Below the pieces are notes generated by a model that saw only the letters and a list, made by a program, of their open reading frames with translations, did no database searches and was not told the DNA's origin. Position numbers and translations under genes: made by a program. A stretch of 64,000 bases of DNA from an uncultured Clostridia bacterium (lineage in GTDB: Bacteria; Acidobacteriota; Aminicenantia; UBA2199), in assembly GCA_964479735.1 (NCBI GenBank), contig CAYZNT010000005.1, positions 68,194 through 132,193 on the forward strand, read 5' to 3'. Shown piece by piece: positions 9,001-17,720 of the stretch. Numbering within the stretch: position 1 is the stretch's first letter; each line of letters begins with the position of its first letter.

Positions 9001-9372
9001 ATGGCCAAGAAGATCCTGATCGTTGACGATTCGGAGATGGTCCGCAACTACCATTACTACATCCTGAAAAACGCCGGGTTCGCCGTCGTCTCGGCCATCG
9101 ACGGCGCGGACGGGCTGGAGAAGATGTTCCAGATACCGGGGATCGACCTGATCGTCACCGACATCAACATGCCCAACATGGACGGCTACACGATGGTCGA
9201 GCGCATTCGCGAGCACCGCGAATTCGAGAAGGTCCCCATCGTCATCATATCCACCGAATCGGAGGCCCACGACAAGCAGCGCGGCTTCGATGCCGGCGCC
9301 GACGTCTACATCGTCAAGCCCATCGAGCCCAACGCCCTCATCGAGAACATCAAGCTGCTGCTGGGGATTTGA
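9001..9372 (+). CDS. cheY: chemotaxis single-domain response regulator
   Basis: 123-aa receiver: DD pair (LIVDDSEMV), phospho-acceptor Asp (LIVTDINMP), conserved Lys (IVKP). Confidence 0.95.
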   Translation: MAKKILIVDDSEMVRNYHYYILKNAGFAVVSAIDGADGLEKMFQIPGIDLIVTDINMPNMDGYTMVERIREHREFEKVPIVIISTESEAHDKQRGFDAGADVYIVKPIEPNALIENIKLLLGI

Positions 9373-11918
9373 CCATGCTCATCGCCATGTCCCGTGACGA
9401 GTTGGTGGTCCTGCTCGAATTCCTGAACGAGTCCGAGGAGCATTTAAGCGGCATCGAGGAGAAGATCCTCAAGCTGGAAATCTCCAAGGACGTCGAGTTC
9501 ATCAATTCCATCTTCCGTCCCATCCACACCATCAAGGGCACGTCGTCCTTCCTCGGCCTGAGCAACATCGGCCACCTGTCCCACGAGGTCGAGACGCTCC
9601 TCGACGACATCCGCAAGGGCCGCATCACCGACATCGATTCCGAGATCATCGACGTGCTGCTGGAGGCCGTCGACGGGATCTCCAAGATGCTGAAGAATAC
9701 CCAGCAGGCGGCCGCCGCCGCGGACCGCTCGCGGGAGCGCAACGAAATCGAGATCGAGGACATCGAATTCGACTCCACCCTGCAGAAGGTGCGACGCCTG
9801 CGCGCCCGCAAGACCGGGGCGGGCGAAGCGGCGGCGCCGGAGCCGGTCGCCGGGCAGCCGGCGGCCGCCGTTTCGGCCCCGGCGATCGACTACGCATCCA
9901 TCCGCTATCCGCAGGAGATGAAGGACGACTACGACCTGGAGTGCGGTGAGCACCTGGCGACGATCGAGGAGATCCTGCTGCGCCTGGAAAGCGACCCCGC
10001 CCGCCTCGAGGTGTACAACGACCTGTTCCGCTCGCTGCACAGCATCAAGGGCAACACCGGCGTCATCCTGTCGGTCATCGATGACGAGTCGGTTCGCCGG
10101 CAGCACTACCTCAACCGCCTGAAGGACGTCGCCCACGCCGCCGAATCCCTGGTGCAGCGCCACCGCGACGAGTCGGTCCCCCTGACCGCGGCCGAGACCG
10201 AGACGCTGCTCAACGCCCTCGACGTCATGAAGCGCCTGCTGCTGGATTTCCACGCCAACCAGGCCAGCGACGTGGACGTGTCGCTGCTGATGGCCGAGTT
10301 GAGCGCCCTGGGGAAGGAACCCGGGGAGGCCGTCGCGGCCATCAAGGAGATCGGCGGCGATTCGCTGGCCCAGGCCGTGTCCAACAGCATCAGCCAGACC
10401 CTCGAGGCCATCGCCGCCGGCATCGACGAGCTGGCCCACGAGGACAAGCGGGCGCGGGCGCTGAAGAAGCTCCAGCGGGCCTACCGCAACATGGCCAAGA
10501 TCGGCGAGAAGATCGGCCACTCGGAGCTGATCGGGAAGGCCGTCGAGTGCGAGCGCATCGCCGACTTCCTTTCCGGGGGCAAGGACGAGAACGAAGGGCT
10601 GATGGTCGACGACCTGCGCCAGCAGCTCGCGTTTTTCCGCCGCCACGCGGACCGCCGCCGGGAGGAAGCCCCCGACCGGCGCAAAGCCACCGTCCCGCCG
10701 CCGCTGGCGGGCGACCGCGGCCTGGCCGGCGCGGAGGCGCGGGCCGGCGACAAGGTGATCAAGGTCGCCCAGGAGAAAGTCGACGTTTTCATGAACCTGA
10801 TCGGCGAGCTGCTGATCAGCAAAAACAACCTGAACTCGCTGGCCAAGGACATCGCCATGCGCCTGGACGTGCCGGACGTGGCCACCCGCGTCAAGGTCTC
10901 GGCCGACGTCATCGCCCGCATCACCGACCAGCTGCAGGCGGGAATCATGCAGATCCGCATGCTGCCGCTGGCCAACGCCTTTTCGCGCTTCCCCCGGCTG
11001 GTGCGCGACCTGTCCAAAAAACTGGGCAAGAAGATCCGCCTGGAGATCAGCGGCGAGGAGACGGAGATCGACAAGAACATCATCGAAGCCATCGGCGACC
11101 CGCTGGTGCACCTCATCCGCAACGCCTGCGACCACGGCATCGAACGCCCCGAGGAGCGGGTTGCCCAGGGCAAGCCGGAAGAGGGGACGGTGCGGCTGAA
11201 GGCCTTCAACCAGGGGCAGTACGTGGGCATCCAGATCGCCGACGACGGCAAGGGCATCGACCCCGGCAGGATCCGATTGAAGGCCCTGGAGAAGGGGGTC
11301 GTTCCCGAGGCCGACCTCGAGCGCATGGACGACACCTCGGCGCTCAACCTGATCTTCCTGCCCGGGTTCTCGCTGGCCCGCGAGGTGACCGACGTGTCGG
11401 GGCGCGGCGTGGGCATGGACGTGGTCAAGACCAACATCGAGAAACTGGGGGGCAACGTGGTCATCGAGAGCGCGGTCAACGCGGGCAGCACCATCACCAT
11501 CCGCCTGCCGCTGACCCTGGCCATCGGACGCGGCCTCGAGGTCGAGACCAACCGGCAGCGATTCTACCTGCCGCTCGAGTACATCATCGAGACCACCAAG
11601 GTGGAGAAGGACCGCCTGTTCAGCTACAAGGGCCGGATGATGACCGTCATCCGCGACGAGATGCTCCCCGTCTTCCGCCTGCGCGACCGCCTGAGCCTGG
11701 GAGGCAACGGGGGACCCCAGGGCGCCATGCAGCCGCTGGTGATCCTGAATGTCAAGAACCAGAAACTCGGCCTGCTGGTCGACCAGGTATACAACGAGAG
11801 CGAGTACGTGATCAAGCCCCTGGCCGACATGGTCAGCGGCATCGACGTCGTCTCCGGCGCGATGATCACCGGCGAGGGGAGGGTCCACCTGATCCTGGAT
11901 CCCCTGAGGCTGTTCTGA
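9369..11918 (+). CDS. cheA: chemotaxis histidine kinase with two Hpt domains
   Basis: Hpt-1 (FRPIHTIKGTSSFLGL) and Hpt-2 (FRSLHSIKGNTGVILS), dimerisation region, HATPase_c (DDGKGID, GRGVGMDVV) and C-terminal CheW-like P5 domain. The start is either the listed TTG at 9369, overlapping the cheY stop, or ATG 9375. Confidence 0.92.
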   Translation: MTMLIAMSRDELVVLLEFLNESEEHLSGIEEKILKLEISKDVEFINSIFRPIHTIKGTSSFLGLSNIGHLSHEVETLLDDIRKGRITDIDSEIIDVLLEAVDGISKMLKNTQQAAAAADRSRERNEIEIEDIEFDSTLQKVRRLRARKTGAGEAAAPEPVAGQPAAAVSAPAIDYASIRYPQEMKDDYDLECGEHLATIEEILLRLESDPARLEVYNDLFRSLHSIKGNTGVILSVIDDESVRRQHYLNRLKDVAHAAESLVQRHRDESVPLTAAETETLLNALDVMKRLLLDFHANQASDVDVSLLMAELSALGKEPGEAVAAIKEIGGDSLAQAVSNSISQTLEAIAAGIDELAHEDKRARALKKLQRAYRNMAKIGEKIGHSELIGKAVECERIADFLSGGKDENEGLMVDDLRQQLAFFRRHADRRREEAPDRRKATVPPPLAGDRGLAGAEARAGDKVIKVAQEKVDVFMNLIGELLISKNNLNSLAKDIAMRLDVPDVATRVKVSADVIARITDQLQAGIMQIRMLPLANAFSRFPRLVRDLSKKLGKKIRLEISGEETEIDKNIIEAIGDPLVHLIRNACDHGIERPEERVAQGKPEEGTVRLKAFNQGQYVGIQIADDGKGIDPGRIRLKALEKGVVPEADLERMDDTSALNLIFLPGFSLAREVTDVSGRGVGMDVVKTNIEKLGGNVVIESAVNAGSTITIRLPLTLAIGRGLEVETNRQRFYLPLEYIIETTKVEKDRLFSYKGRMMTVIRDEMLPVFRLRDRLSLGGNGGPQGAMQPLVILNVKNQKLGLLVDQVYNESEYVIKPLADMVSGIDVVSGAMITGEGRVHLILDPLRLF

Positions 11919-11957
11919 CATGGGGGGCGGCGCGCGGCTGTGCCGGAAGGGCCGGCC

Positions 11958-13211
11958 ATGAAGGACGTGCTGGCGGTCATCCTCGGCGGCGGTCGCGGCA
12001 CCCGCCTCTATCCGCTGACTCGCTACCGGTCCAAGCCGGCCGTGCCGATCGGCGGGAAATTCAGGCTGATCGACATCCCCATCTCCAACTGCCTCCACGC
12101 GGAGATCCGCAAGATCTACGTGCTCACCCAGTTCAACACGGCCTCGCTGCACCGCCACATCTCGCAGACCTACCAGTTCGACTCCTACTCGGACGGCTTC
12201 CTGCAGATCCTGGCCGCGCAGCAGACCATGGCCGATTCCGACTGGTACCAGGGGACGGCCGACGCGGTGCGCAAGAACCTCGGCTACATCCGCGAACAGA
12301 AGGCGGGCACGGTGGTCATCCTTTCCGGCGACCAGCTCTACCGGATCAACCTGCGGGATTTCGTCGCCGCCCACCTCCGCGACGGCGCCGACCTGACCAT
12401 CGCCGTCAAGCCGGTCACCCGGTCCCAGGCTCCGGAGTTCGGCATCCTGAAGATCGACGCCGGGCAACGCATCAGCCACTTCGTCGAGAAGCCGAAGGAC
12501 CCGGCGGTGCTGGACGAATACCGCCGACCGGCGGCCGGCGCGGACGAGTACCTCGCCTCGATGGGCATTTACGCGTTCCGCAAGGACACCCTGGTGGCGT
12601 TGCTGGAGCGGGACAGCCGCGCCGACTTCGGCCACCAGATCATCCCTTCGGCCATCGGGGACTGCCACGTCCGGGCCTGCGAGTTCCACGGCTACTGGGA
12701 GGACATCGGCACCATCCGCTCCTTCTTCGAGGCCAACCTCGATTTCGCCGCCCCCGTGCCCCGATTCGACTTCTACGACGAGGAGTATCCGGTCTACACC
12801 CACAAGCGCTTCCTGCCCGGGGCCAAGATCGGAGACTGCGCCGTCCGCCATGCGCTCATCAGCGACGGATCGATCATCGAGGGGGGCCGCATCGCGGAGT
12901 CGGTCGTCGGCCTCCGCTCGATCATCCGCCGCGGCGCCGACCTGGAGCGGGTGGTGATGATGGGCGCCGATTACTACGAGACCGCGGCCGAACAGCTTCG
13001 CCGCCGCGAACAGCGCCGCCCGCTGCTGGGCGTAGGCGCCGGCTGCGTGATCCGAAACGCGATCCTGGACAAGAACGTGCGCGTCGGCGACGGCGTGCGC
13101 ATCGTCAACCAGCGGGGCGTGATGCAGGCCCAAACGGACGAGTACCTGATCGTCGATGGCATCGTCGTCGTGCCCAAAAACGCCGAGTTGCCAGACGGAT
13201 TCGTGATCTGA
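11958..13211 (+). CDS. glgC: glucose-1-phosphate adenylyltransferase
   Basis: VLAVILGGGRGTRLYPLT...KPAVPIGGKFRLIDIPISNC is the GlgC signature. ATG 11958 is preferred because GGAAGG lies 7 nt upstream; the track start 11940 is the alternative. Confidence 0.9.
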   Translation: MKDVLAVILGGGRGTRLYPLTRYRSKPAVPIGGKFRLIDIPISNCLHAEIRKIYVLTQFNTASLHRHISQTYQFDSYSDGFLQILAAQQTMADSDWYQGTADAVRKNLGYIREQKAGTVVILSGDQLYRINLRDFVAAHLRDGADLTIAVKPVTRSQAPEFGILKIDAGQRISHFVEKPKDPAVLDEYRRPAAGADEYLASMGIYAFRKDTLVALLERDSRADFGHQIIPSAIGDCHVRACEFHGYWEDIGTIRSFFEANLDFAAPVPRFDFYDEEYPVYTHKRFLPGAKIGDCAVRHALISDGSIIEGGRIAESVVGLRSIIRRGADLERVVMMGADYYETAAEQLRRREQRRPLLGVGAGCVIRNAILDKNVRVGDGVRIVNQRGVMQAQTDEYLIVDGIVVVPKNAELPDGFVI

Positions 13212-13274
13212 CCATGGCGCCGGCCATCCGGCGGAAACGCCGCGCCCGGCTGACTGCATAGGGGAGGAACCCAC

Positions 13275-15437
13275 ATGACGCGAATGAAAATGGCGGGATG
13301 GCTGCTGGCATGCTGCGGTTTGCTGCTGGCCGGAGAGGGAAAGAGGCTGACCTATGAGCAGGCCCTGTTGAACCGCGGCGAGGCCCTGCTCAAGCCGCTG
13401 CCGTTCATCAGCGGCTGGTCCGACGATCAGTCGTACCACGAGTTGCGCGGCGGCAAGATCTACCGGGTGCTCGCGCGCAGCGGGAAAAGCCGCCTGGTCC
13501 TCGATCCCGCCCCGTACGCCGCGGCATTGCCCCAGGGGCTCACCCTGCTGCAGGCGAACGACAACACGCCGGATTACCGGCTTTTCGTCTTCGTCCACAA
13601 GGGCGATCTCTACCTGTTCCGCCGCGACGCGGCCAGGCTGGAACGGCTGACCGAGACCCCGGGCGACGAGCAGAACCCGCAGTTCTCTCCGGACGGGCGC
13701 CGCATCGCCTACACCCGGGAGGGCAACCTCTACGTCTGCGACCTGGCCAGCCGGCAGAGCCGGGCACTGACCCGCGACGGCAGCGCCACCGTCCTCAACG
13801 GCCACGCGTCATGGGTCTACTACGAGGAGATACTCGGCCGCGGCAGCCGCTACCGGGCCTTCTGGTGGAGCCCCGACTCGCTGCGCATCGCCTTCATGCG
13901 CTTCGATCAGGAACGGGTGCCGGAGTTCCCCCTGTTCCAGGTGCGCGGCGACTACGGGCAGCTGGAGATTCAGCGCTACCCCAAGGCGGGGTACCCCAAC
14001 CCCCAGGTGCGCCTGGGCGTCGCCGACGCTGCCTCCGGGGACATCCGCTGGGTGCCCGAGGCCGATGCCGCCGACCACTACCTGGCGCTGCCCAGGTGGT
14101 CGGGAAACGGAGGCCGGCTCTACTTCCAGTGGGCGAACCGGGACCAGAACTGGATGCGGATTTTCCGCTTCGACCCCGCCTCCGGAAGGCTGGAGCAGGC
14201 CTACGAAGAGAAGCAGGCGACCTGGGTGGAGTTCGGCGAGGGCAGCGACTACCAGGTGCTGCCCGACGGTGGCCTGCTGCTCGTCAGTTCCCGCGAGGGC
14301 TGGCCGCACCTCTACCGCGTCGCCGCCAACGGCGGTGTGGAGCAGCTGACCCGCGGCGACTGGTCCGTCTCCGGGATAAGCCTGGTGGATGCGGCCCGCA
14401 AGCGGGTCCTGTTCACGGCGCGCCGCGAGGATTCGACCGAGCTCGGCCTGTACGAGATCCCGCTGGCCGGGGGGGGGCTGCGCCGCTTGACCGGCGGGCC
14501 CGGCATGCACCGGGTCAGCGTCTCGCCCGGCGGTTCCTGGTTCACCGACTTCCATTCGGCCCTGGGCGTCCCGCCGCGGCTGCTGCTGTGGCGCGGCGAC
14601 GGCCGGCTGCAGCGGCAGCTGGGCGACAGCCGCACCGACAAGCTGGCCGAGTACGATCTCGGCCGGGCCGAGCTGTTCCGCATCCCGACGAGCGACGGCC
14701 TGCAGCTGCCGGCAGCCTGGATCCTGCCCCCGGGGTTCGACCCTTCCACCCGTTACCCGGTGGTCCTCAACGTTTATGGCGGTCCCGGGGCGGCCTCGGT
14801 AGGCAACGCCTTCGGCCGCGGCTTCGCCGAATACTATCTGGCCCAGCAGGGCATCATCGTCATGACCTTCGATCATCGGGGCTCCGGCCACTTCGGCAAG
14901 AAAGGCGAGGACCTGATGCACCGCCAGCTCGGGAAGTGGGAGCTGAACGACCTGCAGGAGGCCGTCCGCCACCTGCGCAGCCTGCCCTTCGTCGACGGCC
15001 AGCGGATCGGCATCACCGGGGGATCCTACGGCGGGTACGTGGCGGCCCTGGCCCTGCTGCGCGCGGGCGATCTCTTCCGCTGCGGCATCGCCGACTTCGC
15101 GGTCACCGACTGGCGGCTCTACGATTCCGTCTACACCGAGCGCTACATGGACACCCCCGAGCAGAACCCGGACGGTTATCGCGACTCGTCGCTGCTTCAT
15201 GCCGTAGACGGCTACCGCGGCGGCCTGCGCATCGCCCACGGATCCATGGACGACAATGTCCACATGCAGAACGCGCTGCAGCTCATCGACCGCCTGCAGG
15301 ACGCCGGCAAGAGCGTCGAGCTGATGATCTATCCCGGGGAGCGGCACGGTTTCCGTGGCCCCAAGTCGGTCGAGTACCGGCGCGCCAACCTCGACTTCTG
15401 GTGCCGCCACTTCTTCAACCGTCCCTTCGTGCCGTAG
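13275..15437 (+). CDS. S9-family serine peptidase (DPP-IV/prolyl-oligopeptidase-like), secreted
   Basis: Signal peptide, beta-propeller N-terminal region, catalytic GGSYGGY nucleophile elbow, and C-terminal Asp/His region (GSMDDNVHMQN, ERHGF). Confidence 0.88.
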   Translation: MTRMKMAGWLLACCGLLLAGEGKRLTYEQALLNRGEALLKPLPFISGWSDDQSYHELRGGKIYRVLARSGKSRLVLDPAPYAAALPQGLTLLQANDNTPDYRLFVFVHKGDLYLFRRDAARLERLTETPGDEQNPQFSPDGRRIAYTREGNLYVCDLASRQSRALTRDGSATVLNGHASWVYYEEILGRGSRYRAFWWSPDSLRIAFMRFDQERVPEFPLFQVRGDYGQLEIQRYPKAGYPNPQVRLGVADAASGDIRWVPEADAADHYLALPRWSGNGGRLYFQWANRDQNWMRIFRFDPASGRLEQAYEEKQATWVEFGEGSDYQVLPDGGLLLVSSREGWPHLYRVAANGGVEQLTRGDWSVSGISLVDAARKRVLFTARREDSTELGLYEIPLAGGGLRRLTGGPGMHRVSVSPGGSWFTDFHSALGVPPRLLLWRGDGRLQRQLGDSRTDKLAEYDLGRAELFRIPTSDGLQLPAAWILPPGFDPSTRYPVVLNVYGGPGAASVGNAFGRGFAEYYLAQQGIIVMTFDHRGSGHFGKKGEDLMHRQLGKWELNDLQEAVRHLRSLPFVDGQRIGITGGSYGGYVAALALLRAGDLFRCGIADFAVTDWRLYDSVYTERYMDTPEQNPDGYRDSSLLHAVDGYRGGLRIAHGSMDDNVHMQNALQLIDRLQDAGKSVELMIYPGERHGFRGPKSVEYRRANLDFWCRHFFNRPFVP

Positions 15438-15466
15438 GCGCCGGGCCGCCGGCCGGGAGGCGAGGC

Positions 15467-16111
15467 ATGGGTGAAATGCTGCTGAAGATGGTTCTGGCGG
15501 CCCTGCTGGGCGGGATCATCGGTCTGGAGCGGGAGCTGGCCCACAAGGAAGCCGGCCTGCGCACGATGATCCTCATCGCCATGGGAAGCGCCCTGATCAC
15601 GGTGCTGTCCATCGCTTTCCCGGGCGTGGCCGGCGGCGGTGACCCGGCGCGGCTGGCGGCGCAGATCGTCACCGGCATCGGCTTTCTCGGGGCCGGGGCC
15701 ATCATCCAGGCGCGCATGGCGGTCCATGGGCTGACGACAGCCGCCTCCATCTGGGCGGTATCGGGGATCGGCATCGCCGTCGGGCTCGGCTATTACCTCT
15801 TCCCGCTGCTGGTGACCCTGCTGGTGGTGCTGGTCCTGGCCGTGTTCCGCCAGTTGGCCAATTTCCTGGAAAGGCAGAAACAGGTGTTCATCTACCAGAT
15901 CGCCTTTTCCGAGCGGGTCGCCATTTTCTTCGACATCAAGAAGGTGATGACCGAGCTGAACATCCGGTCGTCCCAGTCCCGGCTCACCAAGAGCCGCGGC
16001 GGCTACGAGCTGGAGCTCGTTTTCACCACCTCTCCCCACAAGGGGCGCGAGTTCGTGGAGAAGGTGATCCACCTGCAGGGCGTGACCGAGCTGCTGAGCG
16101 AGAACCTGTAG
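15467..16111 (+). CDS. MgtC/SapB-family membrane protein
   Basis: MgtC N-terminal TM domain (LAALLGGIIGLERE) plus C-terminal ACT-like domain. It is the C-terminal 214 aa of a longer artefactual track ORF; the start is computed from a GGGAGG-preceded ATG. Confidence 0.8.
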   Translation: MGEMLLKMVLAALLGGIIGLERELAHKEAGLRTMILIAMGSALITVLSIAFPGVAGGGDPARLAAQIVTGIGFLGAGAIIQARMAVHGLTTAASIWAVSGIGIAVGLGYYLFPLLVTLLVVLVLAVFRQLANFLERQKQVFIYQIAFSERVAIFFDIKKVMTELNIRSSQSRLTKSRGGYELELVFTTSPHKGREFVEKVIHLQGVTELLSENL

Positions 16112-16114
16112 ACG

Positions 16115-16711
16115 ATGGACCTGCTGCTGGCCACGGCCAACCGGGGCAAGGCGGGAGAGTTCGCCGCATTGCTGGGGGCGGTTGGCGCGGGCTGGCGGCT
16201 GCTGACGCTCGCCGACCTGGGCATCGCCGCCACCGCCCGGGAGACCGGGGCCACCTTTCGCGAGAACGCCCGCATCAAGGCGCTGCACTACAGCCGCCTG
16301 GCCGGCGGGCGGCTCACCCTGGCCGACGACTCCGGCCTGGAGGTGGCGGCGCTGGGAGGGGCTCCCGGGGTGCGCTCGGCCCGCTATGCCGGAGAGGGCG
16401 CCCCCGACCGCGCCCACGTGGACAAGCTCCTGGCCGCCCTCGCCGGCGAGACCGACCGGCGCGCCGCCTTCACCGTGTGGCTGCACCTGGCGCGCGCGGG
16501 GGAGACGGTGGCGGAGTTCCACGGCCGGGCGGCGGGCACCATCCTCGACCGTCCGCGGGGCGAAGGTGGCTTCGGCTACGACCCGGTTTTCTACTACCCC
16601 CCCCTGGGCAAGAGCTTCGCCGAGCTGGAAGCCTCCGAGAAGAACCGCGTTTCGCACCGTGCCCGCGCGGTCTCCCGGCTGAGCGACTTCCTGGCCGGAT
16701 ATCACCCCTGA
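16115..16711 (+). CDS. rdgB: non-canonical purine NTP pyrophosphatase (RdgB/HAM1)
   Basis: LLLATANRGK...DDSGLEV...GFGYDPVF are the Maf/Ham1 signatures. Confidence 0.9.
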   Translation: MDLLLATANRGKAGEFAALLGAVGAGWRLLTLADLGIAATARETGATFRENARIKALHYSRLAGGRLTLADDSGLEVAALGGAPGVRSARYAGEGAPDRAHVDKLLAALAGETDRRAAFTVWLHLARAGETVAEFHGRAAGTILDRPRGEGGFGYDPVFYYPPLGKSFAELEASEKNRVSHRARAVSRLSDFLAGYHP

Positions 16712-16798
16712 CGCTTCTCCTCCGGCGCCGCCCGGAAAACCGGCGCCCGGGTTCACGAACGCCGGCAAATGAGGTATGATGGCGTCTGCGGAGGTGCC

Positions 16799-17311
16799 AT
16801 GGAGCTCGAAAAGACGATTCGCGATGTGCCCGATTTCCCGACTCCGGGAATCCTGTTCAAGGACATCACCACCCTGCTGAAGGACGGTGAAGCGCTCCGC
16901 TACGCGGCCAACCAGATGGTCAAGAAGTACCTGGAGCAAAACGTCGACAAGGTGCTGGCCGTCGAGTCGCGCGGATTCATCTTCGGTTCCATCATGGCCT
17001 ACAAGCTGGGCTGCGGCTTCGTGCCGGCCCGCAAGCCGGGCAAGCTCCCGGCCCGCGCCATCCGCGAGGAGTACACGCTGGAATACGGACGCAACGCGCT
17101 GGAAGTGCACGAGGACGCCATCTGCCGCGGCGAGCGGGTGGTGGTGGTGGATGACCTGCTGGCCACCGGCGGAACGGCGCTGGCCGCCGCCCGCCTGGTC
17201 GAGCGCCTCGGCGGGACGGTGGTCGGGATGGAATTCCTGGTCGAGCTGGAGTTCCTGCAGGGGCGGGCCAAGCTGCCGGGGTACGCCATTTCCAGCTGCG
17301 TCCGCTTCTGA
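16799..17311 (+). CDS. apt: adenine phosphoribosyltransferase
   Basis: LEKTIRDVPDFPTPGILFKDITTLL N-terminus and PRPP-binding VVVVDDLLATGGT. ATG 16799 is preceded by GGAGG. Confidence 0.9.
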   Translation: MELEKTIRDVPDFPTPGILFKDITTLLKDGEALRYAANQMVKKYLEQNVDKVLAVESRGFIFGSIMAYKLGCGFVPARKPGKLPARAIREEYTLEYGRNALEVHEDAICRGERVVVVDDLLATGGTALAAARLVERLGGTVVGMEFLVELEFLQGRAKLPGYAISSCVRF

Positions 17312-17318
17312 CGGCCCC

Positions 17319-17720
17319 ATGGTCGCGTTGCTGCTGCTGCTCGCCCTGCAGGACCAGTACCTGCTGATGCAGCCGATCCAGGCCTCCCTGGAGAGCGGCG
17401 ACTACGCGGCCCTGCAGTCCATCTGCCGCGAGCGGGTGGCGGCCAACCTGGAGGAACCGCTGGCCATGCGCGGCTATTACGGTCGTGAGCGCTTCTGCCG
17501 CACCCTGGGCTCCCGCCTGCGGCCGTACCGCGTCCGCCGCGTGCAGTGGTCGGCGATCCAGGTCGGCAACGAGCGGGCCGTGCAGTCCCTCGAACTGACC
17601 CTGCGCCACGTGACCTCGGGTCAGTCGCTGACGGTCAAGCTGATCTTCTTCATGAGCCAGGTCCCATCCCCCGGGGGGCGCGAGTGGCGGCTCGATTACC
17701 TGCGCGGGCTGCGCATATGA
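17319..17720 (+). CDS. hypothetical 133-aa protein with hydrophobic N-terminus
   Basis: In-frame ATG with no recognisable family; its stop overlaps the start of the downstream sensor kinase (ATGA). Confidence 0.4.
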   Translation: MVALLLLLALQDQYLLMQPIQASLESGDYAALQSICRERVAANLEEPLAMRGYYGRERFCRTLGSRLRPYRVRRVQWSAIQVGNERAVQSLELTLRHVTSGQSLTVKLIFFMSQVPSPGGREWRLDYLRGLRI

